Shown piece after piece: positions 50,511-63,345 of a DNA stretch of 64,000 bases; position 1 is the stretch's first letter; each line of letters begins with the position of its first letter. The notes under the pieces were generated by a model. It was not told the DNA's origin and searched no databases. It saw only the letters and a list, made by a program, of their open reading frames with translations. Source of the DNA: Octopus sinensis (taxonomy: Eukaryota); contig NC_043005.1 of assembly GCF_006345805.1 (NCBI RefSeq), forward strand, positions 109,492,001-109,556,000. Reading direction: 5' to 3'. The position numbers were made by a program, and so were the translations under genes.

Positions 50511-51246
50511 CTATTCTTTCATCAGTTTCAGAATTTGTTGCCATACTAGACCACTACCCTTATTTACATGTACATTTATGTATATATATATAAACACTTA
50601 AAGCAAGTACCCTCAGGCCGCACTTCTCCAATCTACAGGTGCATTCTCAGAGCAGGCCTGTTTACTCAAACCACACTCATCATTCTCATCCCCTTTTCAA
50701 TAACATTGCTGGTGGGGCAACACATCCCTCCCCAGCTTAATTTCTCTATTCAAGTGAAACATGAAAATATTGATGAGAAGTTGGCCAAATAGGGAGGTGT
50801 CTGTCTTCATCCATTTCAGTTTCATTTACCGTACAACCTCTTTCATTAGTGCCACCAAACAGATAAGAGCTACCTGCACTTTCCTGTCAAAGAAGGGCAA
50901 TGGGACAATCTTCACAATGGATTCAGGTTATAGCCAGTTCTGTTCTTTATGTGAAAGCAGCTTCTTAACATAACTACACTGGATGCTTGGACACTGGATG
51001 AGTGCATACAGAACGGTTTTGGTGTCCTCAGAAAACAAAGCTGACACTGTTTCTACCTCTGTACTTATTTTTATTTGGCAAAGTATTGTAGTGCTGGTAC
51101 TTATTTTTGTTTCTTAAACTACTGTAGTCACAGTACTATAGTCATAGTACTGTTAAAGTACTGTAGTCACAGAGAGTAACTTTTTGCACTGATGTCCATA
51201 GTTCATTAATTCTTTGTTGTTTGTGTCTATGACCCTGTAATATATG

Positions 51247-51313
51247 GGAATCGAAACCGCGTTTGTACGACCATATGTCCGCTGCCCTAACCATTGGGCC
51301 ATTACGCCTCCAC
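51247..51313 (-). mobile_element. Isolated tRNA-like SINE head flanked by a 33-bp duplication
   Basis: Minus strand GTGGAGGCGTAATGGCCCAATGGTTAGGGCAGCGG...GGTTTCGATTCC; repeats at 51214-51246 and 51320-51352. Confidence 0.75.
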
Positions 51314-51386
51314 TTGTTATTGTTGTTTGTGTCTATGACCCTGTAGTATATGATGTTTCAGTGTAGTTATTAACCTTGTAGTTGGC

Positions 51387-52100
51387 TGACTAGTACCCCT
51401 AAATTGCAAGCAAAGGTAAGATGCTTATCTAGGGTTTGCAATGAGTGCTCAGCACAGATGCAGAAGTAGCATTGAACAACATCAGTGGGAGGACACATAT
51501 ACGGAAATACATCAGAGCAACTGAGAGTCCATTGGGCTCGGATTGACGTTTTCTATGGTGGTGATGTTGATGGTGGTGACGGCGGTTGATGTTGGTCCAG
51601 TTGTTAAGCCTGATAGGAGACTGAACAGTGTAGGCTGTCTGCAATTAGTAAATGAAAATGCACTGCCATATTTAAATAATCAGACGCCACCGGGATCTAT
51701 TTTCCTGCAGGACGATTGCTATGCTCATAAGGTTAGGAAAGTTTTGCAATACTTTGAGTGCAATAATATGGTGGTTATTGAGTGGCTTCCACAGAGTCCA
51801 GATTTGGATCCGATAATTAAATTTATGGAATTACATTTTTAAAAGAGTTCATGCCAAAAACCCAACAAATTTGTTCCAATTATATAATTTTATTGAAGAA
51901 ATATAGCAGAACATTCCAAGTGATTTTTGTGCTCATTTGTCAAATTCCATGTTCCACTGTGGTAAGACCGTAATTGAAAATAATGGTTATGGAACTAGAT
52001 ACTAATAAAAACTTTTTGTTCATGATCATTTGTACCGTAAATTTTCAAATTAAACGAAATAATGTTGGTACAGTCTTAAACTTATTTTGCTGTCAATTCT
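51387..52100 (+). mobile_element. Tc1 transposase fragment (second family)
   Basis: VLSTDA..., VGPVVKPDRRLNS..LQLVNENALPYL, IFLQDD, EWLPQSPDLDPI. Confidence 0.75.
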
Positions 52101-52329
52101 TAATCATTTGAATTAATTGCTCATTAAAATTATTCGAATGTGGAAAGATATATAATGTCTATATCATTCGAAAGAGATAAAAATTCTACATAAACTGTAA
52201 AAAGTAAAATAATTTTATACAATTTTGTTAAAACTGAATTAATGAAGGAACAGAACCGTCGTCATCAGTTTTAAACTGATTTTGGCCAGAATATAAGCAG
52301 AAATTTTAATCATAAGTATAATGATAATA

Positions 52330-52700
52330 AAAACAAAAATAAGCAGCAGCAATTGTAGTAGTGGTAGTAGTGGTAGTAGTGGTAGTGGTAGTAGTAGCGG
52401 TAGTGGTAGTAGTGGTAGTAGTAGTAGTATAGTAGTAGTAGTAGCAGTAGTAGTAGTAGCAGTAGTAGTAGTAGTAGTAGCAGCAGCAGTAGTTGCAGAA
52501 GTGGTGGTGGTGGCAGCAGTGTTGGTGGTGGTGGCAGTAGTGGTGGAGGCAACTGCGGCAGCAGCAGTAGCAGTTGTAGTAGTGGTAGTAGTGGTAGTAG
52601 TAGCGGTAGCGGTAGTAGTGGTAGTAGTATTAGTAGTAGTAGTAGCAGCAGCAGCAGTAGCAGTTGTAGTAGTAGTAGTAGTAACAACAACAACATCTGT
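52330..52700. repeat. (GTA/GCA/GTG)n trinucleotide repeat
   Basis: Direct reading. Confidence 0.9.
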
Positions 52701-53150
52701 AACAAGTGAACGGTGCAGCAATGAAGAGCATGGTGGCGGGGAAAGATGTTCCTCTGCAAATTGGCTGCTTACCAAAGCTAATTCTTGCTGAAGGCTTGTC
52801 AGAAGATCAGTTGAATTTATTGACACTTGGTCTGGCATTGCTATTGAATAGAAAGGCACCAGTGTGTGTTTTAATATGATTGACTTCTTGATGCAGATTA
52901 CACTTATTTAGATTAACATGGAGAATATGTTTCCTGACTTACAGCTGTCTTTATAGATAGTTTTGATATGTTTCCCTTTGTTTTTCTGTTTGATATTATG
53001 ATTTCTCTGAGAAATAAGAAGTGAAAGATAAAGAAATTGAGAAAAACGACGTATGAATACTATACACTATCCAATTATTGATAATCATCTTTAGATGAGT
53101 AAGTTAATTTCTGATGATAAAAACTGCTGATGTTTTAATTTCATTTTTAG

Positions 53151-53262
53151 GTTACTAGTTTACTCCACTCTCAAATATGCTGAGGAAGTTTAAGGAACTG
53201 CAATGAATGAGGCATTGGTTTATTTATTGGTTGTTAGTTTGTGTCACTTCAGCACAACTGTG
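53151..53262 (+). CDS. Candidate spliced exon containing a possible start codon and signal-peptide-like sequence
   Basis: Acceptor TTTTAATTTCATTTTTAG|G and consensus donor GTG|GTAAGT in non-repetitive DNA. ATG 53203 gives MNEALVYLLVVSLCHFSTTV; ATG 53207 gives MRHWFIYWLLVCVTSAQL. Confidence 0.4.
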
Positions 53263-53413
53263 GTAAGTATGTAGTAGGCTAGGTGTATGTAGTTTAGCAG
53301 AGGGAGGACCTTTTCACTCTACCATAGAAAGAACTAATTCTCTATACCAGAGAAAGATCAGTTATCAGAGAAAGATCAGAGTGGGAAAATTTCAGGGAGC
53401 CACTATTCCTCAC

Positions 53414-54459
53414 CATCATCATCATCGTTTAACGTCCGCTTTCCATGCTGGCATGGGTTGGATGGTTTGATTGAGGACTGGCGAGCCAGAGGCTGCACAA
53501 GGCTCAATCTAGTCTGGCAAAGTTTCTACAGCTGGATGCCCTTCTTAATGCTAACCACTCCAAGAGTGTAGTGGGTGCTTTTACGTGCCACTGGCATGAG
53601 AGCCAGTCGGGTAGTACTGGTGATGGCCACACTCAAATGTTTTTTATGTGCCACCTGCCAGTCTAGCGGCACTGGCAATGACCTCGCTTGAATGTTGTTT
53701 TTCATGTGTCAGCAGCACAAGTGCCAGTAAGGCGATGCTGATAATGATCACGCTCGAATGGTGCTTTTTATGTTCCACTAGCATGGGAGCCAGTCAGCAG
53801 CCCTGGCAACGATCATGCTTGGATGGTGCTTTTAACATTCCACTGGCACGAGTGCCACTCAGGCAGTGCTGTCATTTGATTTTGATTGTAATTTCACTTG
53901 CCTCAACAGATCTTCGCAAGCAATGCATAAGTAGGCTGGTTGGTCCACTGGCATAGGCCATGGGTTATGTTCTCACTTGGCTTTAGGGTCTTCTCAAGCA
54001 CAGCATATTTCCAAAGGTCTCGGTCACTAGTCATTGCCTCAGTGAGGCCCAATGTTCAAAGATCGTGCTTCACCACCTATCCTAGGTCTTTCTGGGTCTT
54101 CCTCTTCTACAAGCTCCCTCAACTGCTAGGGTGTGACACTTTTCACATAGCTGTCCTCATCCATTCACACCATATGTCGATATCAGCGCAGTCGTCTCTC
54201 TTGCACACCACATCTGATGCTTCTTAGGTTCAACTTTTCTCTCAAGGCGCTTACACTCTGTCATGTATGCACACCAACATTACATATCCAGTGGAGAATA
54301 CTGGCTTCATTCCTTGCAAGCTTACACATGTCCTCAGCGGTAACCGCCCATGTTTTACTGCCATGTAGCATGGCTATTCATACACATGCATCATACAGTC
54401 TACCTTTTACTCTGAGCGAGAGGCCCTTTGTCACCAGCAGAGGTAGGAGCTCTCTGAAC
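53414..54459 (-). mobile_element. RTE LINE, 5'-truncated (RT C-terminus plus complete 3' UTR)
   Basis: FRELLPLLVTKGLSLRVKGRLYDACV*.AMLHGSKTWAVT...QERRLR*Y.HM...GRGRPRK, then the UTR with tandem repeats and a (GAT)n tail. This shows the many short copies are RTE 3' UTRs. Confidence 0.9.
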
Positions 54460-55158
54460 TTTGTTGTTGTTGGTAAAAAAAAAGTGATTCTCTCTCTCCC
54501 CCTCTCTCTCCCCATCTCTCTCTTTCTCTCTCCCCCTCTCTCTTTCTTTCTCAGTAAAGTACAGATTATATAAAGCTTGTTTATGAAATATAATATTGTG
54601 TGGTAGTGCAACAGGAGACTTTATTGTAAATAAAATAAGGCTGAAAAAAGACGAGGTGAGCATGCTCTGCTGGGTGGACGATGCTGAGAAGAATGTTAGG
54701 CATTAGAACAAGAAGATGTGATGTGCTGCTAGAGAGAAAACAGGATTATTGTATGCCCTATATGCAATATGTATGGAACCTAAAAGTTACATAAAGAAGT
54801 GATCCAAGGGGAGGGAATGTGCAAAAGAGGAAGGCCAAGGAGGATATGAGAAGAAGGAGAAGAAGTTTGATATCAAAAGAAAGAAACTTATGAAAGAGAT
54901 AACAATAGGATATGTTAAGTGGTGGAACGCTGAGTGGAAAGGGATCCACCTACCACATGCAGGTATAGAATAGGGGACGTGAATATGGTTAAACATCTGC
55001 ATGAAAAGAACTAGGTGTAACTCACATGTAAACATACATATATACATGATGCATATGTACATATATACATACATGCATGCATACATATAATACATACAAA
55101 CATACATGCACACACACACACACATACATATATATGAATGCATGTGTGTGTATATATG

Positions 55159-55206
<48 letters not shown>

Positions 55207-55261
55207 TATATATATATGTATATATAAATATATATACATGCATATACATATATATGCAAAT

Positions 55262-55292
<31 letters not shown>

Positions 55293-55339
55293 CATCTGTA
55301 TGTATGTACACATGTGTAAATATGTGTATATATCACTCT

Positions 55340-55554
55340 TGTACCCTTATGCGGCCATGTGGGAGCACTGCCTTTAGTCGAGCAAATTGACCCCAGGACT
55401 TATTCTTTGTAAGTCTAGTACTTATTCTATCAGTCTCGTTTGCCAAACCGCTAAGTTACAGGGACGTAAACACACCAGCATCAGTTGTCAAGAGATGTTG
55501 GAGGGACAAACATAAACACACACATATATACATACACATATATATATATATATA

Positions 55555-55592
<38 letters not shown>

Positions 55593-55755
55593 GACGGGCT
55601 TCTTTCAGTTTCCGTCTACCAAATCCACTCACTAGGCATTGGTTGGCCTGAGGCTATAGTAGAAGATACTTACCCAAGTTTCCACGCAGTGGGATTGAAC
55701 CCTAAACCATGTGGTTGGTAAGCAAGCTTCTTACCACACAGCCACTCCTGCACCT
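55340..55755 (-). mobile_element. SINE family A
   Basis: Same family motifs. Confidence 0.8.
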
Positions 55756-56314
55756 ATATATATACATATACACACATACATGCACACACGTGTGTATGCA
55801 TGTTTGTATGTACATATACATGTATGTTTGTGTCTCCTTGCCTTGATATCATGTAATAGTTGTAAATAAGTGTGACTGTCAGGCTGTCTAACCCATGCCA
55901 GCATGGAAAACGGACGTTAAATGTTGATGAAGATTATGATAATGATGATGATGATTTCATACATGTATGTATGTATGTATGTATGCAGGTATATGAATTT
56001 GTGTGTATGCATGTGTGCGCACGCGACATTCCAATCAATAAACTTTTGTCAAAGCTCCAAATATTTCAAAATTTTATGAATATTTATTTTTTTTTTTCTG
56101 ACTCTTGAACAAAACTTACTAAGACTAATTATAGTGTATGTTTGAGAAGTATTTTTGTATGTGCATATGTTCATGTGTGTGTGTGTTTGTGTGTGTATGT
56201 GTGTACGTGTGTGTTTGCATACACATACATGCATATATTTATGTACATACACACTTACATATAACACAAACATGTATACAGCAATATGTGTGTATATGTG
56301 GTTTTGTGTCTGGG

Positions 56315-56329
<15 letters not shown>

Positions 56330-56350
<21 letters not shown>

Positions 56351-56767
56351 GGAGAGAGAGAGAGAGTGTGTGTGTGTGTGAGAGAGCGAGAGAGAGAGAG
56401 AGAGAGTGAAAGAGAGAGAGCGAAAGAGTGAGAGAGAGAGAATATGTGTGAGAGAGTGAGAGAGAGAGAGAGCAAAAGAGAGAGAGAGAGAGAGAGAGCG
56501 AGAGAGTGAGAGAGAGAGAGAGAGTGAGAGAGAGAGAGAGAGAGCGAGAGAGAGTGAGAGAGAGTGAGAGAGAGAGAGAGAGGAGAGTGAAAGAGAGAGA
56601 GCGAAAGAGTGAGAGAGAGAGAATATGTGTGAGAGAGTGAGAGAGAGAGAGCAAAAGAGAGAGAGAGTGAGAGAGTGAGAGAAAGAGAGCAAAAGATGAG
56701 AGAGTGAGAGAGAGAGAGAGCGAAAGAGTGAGAGAGAGAGAGAGAGTGAGAGAGAGAGAGAGCGAGA

Positions 56768-56820
<53 letters not shown>
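56330..56820. repeat. Complex (GA)n microsatellite with internal duplications
   Basis: Direct reading. Confidence 0.95.
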
Positions 56821-56824
<4 letters not shown>

Positions 56825-57175
56825 AATATGTTCATAACCCTCTATAATTTATATTAGCAACGTCCTATCTTCTCCGAGTTCTGCAAAGACTTTCAAAAAA
56901 ACCTAACCCAACTGATGCAAGAGGAGATAACTCTCCTTTCACAAAACGCAATATAGACTTCAATTAAGAAGCTAACACTGAATTATATCGCTCAATAAAT
57001 TATATTCAGCAATAATGCAGATATTTGTAGTATTTCAGTTAATGAAATGAATTCATTTAAGCATAAAATAATTCTACGACATATTTTAAGCTAATAAAAT
57101 ATATATTTTATCTCTTTTATTCAGGCTTTTATATCCAAGGGTAAATAACTCTGTCGTTTTGATTCTATCTTTCAG

Positions 57176-57278
57176 GCCGTCGTCGTGGTAGTCGTGGTGT
57201 GCTGAGTGACTGTCCTGCTGGAATGATAAATGGCATAGAATATCTCGTATGGAACATATGATTACTACATCAGTGTAG
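57176..57278 (+). other. Candidate exon (probably non-coding or terminal)
   Basis: Acceptor GATTCTATCTTTCAG|G and donor TAG|GTGAGG. CpG-containing unique DNA. All three frames contain stops. Confidence 0.3.
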
Positions 57279-57388
57279 GTGAGGGTGAAACTAGGATTTC
57301 GACCGAGAATGTTTGTAGCTATTAAACGGAAAGAATGTTACTAGTCTAATTTGTGAACAAATATTAAGTTAATATATTAGATATTTAT

Positions 57389-57780
57389 TATACTAGCAGT
57401 ATCACCCGGCGTTGCTCGGGTTTGTTTCGACCCTTTAGAATTGGAATTTTTGAAAAGTAAAAATTTGGAATTATGTACCTTGTTATTCCCTTTAAGTGAA
57501 CATTTTTCTGGTTGAAATACACCGAAAATTGGCGACACAGCAGTAAAAAAATCGTAAAAAATAGGGATTTTCATAGAAAAAAAGCACCTTTTTTATGTAA
57601 ATAATTTTTGGTATTAACATGGTCCAATTTGAATTTTTTCTGCTACGGAAGGAAGAGCAAGCCTTCTTCTATCATACTCTCAATTTTGGTCAACTTGCGC
57701 CGCAGGGTCTTGGAGGAGATAGTGTTAGTTGAAGGCTACCAAACTCGCCATACACAGACAACTTCAGCTTTATATAGAGA
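57389..57780 (+). mobile_element. HINE-like family 1 copy
   Basis: Matches 11271-11665. Confidence 0.65.
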
Positions 57781-57964
57781 GAGTTTTGCAAGTGTTGCGG
57801 GATGAGGGCTCAATGTCTTGGCTACTCGTGTAGCATGTATGTATATATAGACAAAATATTGTAAGAGATCAATGTATCCTTGTGAGTGTCTGTGTGTATT
57901 TCTATGTGTGTACGTATATGTAAACACACACACACACACACATACACACGTATGCACATAGATA

Positions 57965-58385
57965 TTCTTTCGTTCTTTTACTTGTTTTAGTCATTTGATT
58001 TCGGCCATGCTGGAGCATCACTTTGAAGGGTTTTTAGTCGAGCAAATTGACCCTGAGACTTATTTTGTAAGCCTGGTACTTATTCTATTGGTCACTTTTG
58101 CCAAACCGCTAAGTTACAGGGATGCAACTACACCACCACCAATTGTCAAACAGTCGGGGGGGGGGGGGGCACAGAAACAAAAACATGGTGTGTGTGTGTG
58201 TGTGTATGTATGTATATATATATACGACAGGCTTCTTTCAGTTTCCATCTACCAAATCCACTCACAAGGGTTTGGTTGGCCTGAGTCTATAGTAGAAGAA
58301 ACTTGCCCAAGGTGCCACGCAGTGGGACTGAACCTGGAACCATGTGGTTGAGAAGCAAGCTTCTTATCACACAGCCACGCCTAGA
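57965..58385 (-). mobile_element. SINE family A
   Basis: Same family motifs. Confidence 0.8.
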
Positions 58386-58450
58386 CCTATGCACACACAC
58401 AGAAACACGCGCACACACACACACACACATATGCACAAATGCATACATAA

Positions 58451-58491
<41 letters not shown>

Positions 58492-58640
58492 CATACATAT
58501 ACATACAAATATACATATATTCATACACATATACACACACATACATAAATGAGTATGTGTTTGTATAAATATATGTCTGTGTATGTGTAAGTACATATAT
58601 ATTATTTCTTTATTAAAGAAATAAAATAACTACATATAAA

Positions 58641-58785
58641 ATATATTTCTTTATTGCCCACAAGGGGGCTAAACATAGAGGGGACAAACAAGGACAGACA
58701 AAGGGATTAAGTCGATTACATCGACCCCAGTACGAAACTGGTACTTTATCTATCGACCCCGAAAGGATGAAAGGCAAAGTCAACC
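58641..58785 (-). mobile_element. SINE family B, 5'-truncated
   Basis: Tail and body match. Confidence 0.75.
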
Positions 58786-58805
58786 TATGTGTGTGTATAT
58801 GTATT

Positions 58806-58848
<43 letters not shown>

Positions 58849-59575
58849 GTAGGTATACACACACATGCACACTCACAAACACACACACACTCACACACAC
58901 TCACAAACACACACACACACACACATATATTATATTTTATATAATTTTTCTGAATCCTCAGATTTTTTTCAATATGCTAGAGTAGTGTTTTAAATTGATA
59001 TTAGTCAAATTAATATCAATTTTTTACCCTTATTATTTAAATTTATTTATATATATATATTGTAGTGTCTTTACACATGCTTGAGGCACCTGTGCAATAC
59101 ACTGCCCTTTCTTCTTCCCAGTGTGGAGAACATGTACCTCCTGTCTAGACTTCCTAGACAGGAGATCATTGGGAACTGCCTCACCTACATTATTGTGGCT
59201 GTACCAACACTTCCTCATTGGTTCTCCCCATTTTCACAGAACTTTTGTCAAGGCATCACTACTGATTGTCTCACAGCATAAGTGTTTAGTTGGCATTGAT
59301 TAATCAGTCTTAATTCATAACCAGTCTATGAGGACAATTCTGACTCCAAAATTCGATGGGAGAGGTTTTCTGTCTTTTGACAGTAAAACTCCTGCATAAC
59401 ATCTAGAATCAGGAACCTCACTGCCACCATTCTAGTTTTTAAGTCCATGGTACATGAACCCTGAGAATAAAGAGTTTATCCTACACCCAATACTCCATCT
59501 GAAATTTCATCCTGCATGCTGGAGAATACATTCATGTCTCTATCCATTTCCCTCTTGACTATTCATTGGGTATTT

Positions 59576-59915
59576 CATCATCATCATCATCATCATCATC
59601 GTTTAACGTCCATTTTCCATGCTAGCATGGGTTGGACAGTCCGACTGGGGTCTGGGAAGCCAGGAGGCTGCACCAGGCCCAGTCTGATCTGGCAGAGTTT
59701 CTACAGCTAGATGCCCTTCCTAATGCCAACCACTCCGTGAGTGTAGTGGGTGCTTTTTACGTGCCAGGCGAAGCTGGCAACGGCCACGATCAGTTGGTGC
59801 TTTTTACATGCCACTGGCACGGAGGCCAGTCAAGGTGGTGCTAGCAATGGCCACGTTCGGATGTTTCTTTTACGTGCCATCGGCACTGGTATCACAACTA
59901 CAATTTCCATTGATT
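59576..59915 (-). mobile_element. RTE 3' UTR
   Basis: (CAT)n tail and UTR motifs. Confidence 0.8.
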
Positions 59916-60289
59916 TTTGATTGATTCACTGATGCTAAAAAGGATGAAACAACCAAGGAAAGCTGATACTTGCATCTACAGTTTTGATCCTGCTTGCAGG
60001 TAATCGAGATATCTAGGTTGATATGGACCTTGGAGGTGACAAAATTAGTTGGCAACAACATGAAGGACTTAGCGTCTTTCTCTAGGGATTCCACTACTTG
60101 ATATACATTGAGACAGGACTAGAAAAAGTAGTCTAAATAAAGCTGATTCTGGTCCCCTCAGTTGGTTAGCTGCGGTCATTGAGCATCCTTAAATGGGGTC
60201 ATTGATCAATAACAAAGAAAAAGTACACACCTATTTCAGATAGTTCCATCTAGCTAACTAAAGTTGGCATGCAGGAACAAAGTAAACTA

Positions 60290-60640
60290 TAATAGGACAT
60301 CTATGTTATAGTCATCCCCCTGTACAAGGACACAAAGGGTAAGTATAACTCATCTCCCTAAAGAATCTTCATAAGAATCTCCCTAAACAGACTGGTGCCA
60401 TCATCTGGAAGAACACATCTCAGGGAATCAATATGGATTGAACACCAGGATGAAGCAACTCCAAGAGAACAGAACAAGGAACTGAACGTGGTGTTTGAAG
60501 ATCTTATCAAAGCATTCATAACAGTGAGAAGGGAAGGTCTGTGAGTAGTCATGGAATTAAAGGGTTACTTCCAAACCACCAAAATTCCTAGACTCAATGA
60601 TCCACCGACAGGAAGATTAGTGTGGCAGGGTCAGACACAA
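60290..60640 (+). mobile_element. Old RTE/BovB-like RT fragment
   Basis: RIFIRISLNRLVP and REQNKELNVVFEDLIKAFITVRREGL* resemble KILARILLNRL and REQNKDLYMVFVDLTKAFDTVSREGLW. Confidence 0.65.
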
Positions 60641-60686
60641 CTATAGTGTGTGCGTGTGCATGTATACATGTTTAGGTTTACATTTG

Positions 60687-60719
<33 letters not shown>

Positions 60720-61899
60720 ATTTTTCCACGTTTGCAGACTGGAGCTTCTTTATACAGCTGTCATCTCTCATATATATCACATACCTGTACCAGCCCCATC
60801 ATGTCTCTTGTACCATACTTCTGAATTGTGTTACTCTATTATTCATAATACATCTAGTGCACGGGGAGTGGGGGGGGAGCATGCTTGCTTAATTTCTTTC
60901 CAACCTTTATACATCTTCTGCATTTGATGACTATGTATCACTACCGTGCAACATCATTCATTATGCATTAATATCATGCAATTTATTCTTCAGTCAAAAA
61001 GTTGATCCCTTTCTTGCCTGCAGAGGTAATAGCCCCCTCGTCTTTTTTCTTTCTGTATTTTGGCCATAATGTTTTCAGAACATCCTCCACTACTGTTCAT
61101 TAATTTGTCTGGGCAAAAGAAGCTTCTAGGGAGCTTTCCTATCATTGGAAATACTTTATTTCTCTAGTACTTTGATTGCTAACTGTTCCTACTCGTGTCA
61201 CATACAAAATCTTTTTTCCCTATCAGTTTGCATGTGATCTCAGCATGGACCCACAATTTATATTGCCATACACTTTATGAAATTTCCACCAACTTCTTTT
61301 CTGTATGTCAAACTTGATAATTTCCCTGGTGGTAGCAAGAGCCTATCGTCCCTCCTACTCATCAAAACTTCCAGCTTCACTAAGTCTATTTCAAGGCTCC
61401 TCAGTTTTATGATTTGTTTCTACATCTGAAATTTCTTCATTAATTTTCTGTAGAGTTGGCAATAAGTACTGGGTAATCTGTGTAAATGAGCTCTCATGGA
61501 CAACCAGTCCTAATTCTTCTGTTTTGAATGACGCATTCTAACAAAGAAAATAAGAGTAAGACCAATCCTTGTTCAAAATTTCTCCCTCAACTCTTGCCTA
61601 AAACCTAACTTTTTTACGGCATTTTGTTAGCAGCATACCTGCAGTATCTGGTTAACTAAGTGAGCAACTAGGCTTTGCTTGACTTCATTGGCTCATTGCT
61701 GTCATCATTGATACCTTTACTGTGTCTGTTACCAATTTTCATTTGCCATTAGATTCAGCTGGAAGAAGGAGTAGTGCTCATGCCCTTCACAGGATCTATT
61801 TTACCAGTGAGATAGATACTACTAATTGTACTTTTAAGCATTTACAAGATAACGATCGAAGGAAAAACATGTTTAAGAACATTCCAAACACCAAAGTTT

Positions 61900-62110
61900 T
61901 GAGGAGAAAAGACTGAACATAGCACCACTTTGAGCAGGTTCTGGAGATAGTGAATACAACATATGTGATGAGATGAGACTATTTGGATCTGCGATAGCCT
62001 GATACCAGCTGGTTTCAAACAGCAGCAACCACAGCGGCCACTAAAGTAGCTACAGAAGACAAAGAGAGAAGATACAGTTAGTCTGTGAGAGTCGGAAAGT
62101 AAAATATATT
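61900..62110 (-). mobile_element. Old Jockey/CR1-group LINE RT C-terminal remnant
   Basis: SHRLTVSSLFVFCSYFSGRC resembles the SHRRxVASLSLFYRYYFGxC motif. Confidence 0.45.
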
Positions 62111-62368
62111 AAGTGGGTGACTTCACGGCCATCAAAGCACTGATGTTTCTTGGATGTGTTACAAGGTTTCTAAGTGTCTTGCAATATCAACAGATGTTAA
62201 AAGGAACAATTTTGATAAGAAAATAGTCACAGGATGAGATACCGCCTTTTCATTTACATAGCATAAATAATAAAGAAAATATTCAAACAGATGTTTCAAT
62301 TTGTTAATTAATTTCAGGTTAGGGCAAAAATTGATTCACTAAATTTTGGTTCTGCATAGAGATAAATA

Positions 62369-62630
62369 GCAGAGGTGTGTGGCTTAGTGGTTAGGATGTT
62401 GGACACATGATCATGAGATTGTGGTTTTGATTCCTAGATCGGGAAGTATGTTGTGTGTTCTTGAGCAAAACACTTCATTTCACATTGCTCCAGTCCATTC
62501 AACTGGCAAAAATAAGTAATCCTGCAACGGACTGTCGCCCCATCCACTGGGGAATATATATATACACCACGGAAACTGGGAAACTGGTCCTAATGACCCT
62601 GGCATGGCTCCAGAAGGAAATATACATACA
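62369..62630 (+). mobile_element. CORE-SINE with a V/Meta-like tail
   Basis: tRNA head, GTTCTTGAGCAAAACACTTCATTTCAC core, tail CCTGCAACGGACTGTCGCCCCATCC...GAAACTGG. Confidence 0.7.
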
Positions 62631-63084
62631 TGCATACATACATACATACATACACAGAGATAGCCGTTCAAAAATTTGGACCTGGAGATCTCCATTTCCA
62701 GCGACTTCGAGGGTCACCTCCCAGTGGTGTCGGGCGTTAATGAAGAGCCCTCGACTACAACAAGACGACCAAAGTTTTTTTTTTTCCAAGTCTGGGGTCT
62801 CCCGTCCCTAAGCTCTAGGCCATCGCCTAATTATCCTTACCCGTCTTGTTGCTTAACAGCAACAACAACTACACAGCGATAAGTGCAAGTTGCAAATATT
62901 TCCTTGTAAGCTGTACACAGCTTCAGCAAGTTCTTTTTTCAAATGGGTTGCTAACAGAATCCTGTTTGTTAATGGCAATCACTGTCACTTCTTCATACTG
63001 ACAAACACACACAACTGCACTCACATTTTACTGTCATACACACACAGACATACACACACAGACACACATATTCAAGTATATGTA

Positions 63085-63297
63085 TATGTAGGAGTGGCTG
63101 TGTGGTAAGTAGCTTGCTTACCAACCACATGGTTCCAGGTTCATTCCCACTGCGTGGCACCTTGGGCAAGTGTCTTCTACAATAGCCTCGGGCCGACCAA
63201 AGCCTTGTGAGTGGATTTGGTTGACGGAAACTGAAAGAAGCCCATGGTATATATGTATATATGTGTGAGTGTGTGTGTGTGTTTGTGTATGTGTGTA

Positions 63298-63345
<48 letters not shown>

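Noticed and set aside
52239-52859. Mucin-like Thr/Ala-rich ORF
   Set aside because: Trinucleotide microsatellite open in several frames, with a frameshift and no convincing splice context.
59030-59520. Possible LINE endonuclease remnant (and an RTE-like remnant at 61000-61500)
   Set aside because: Too degenerate to support by eye.
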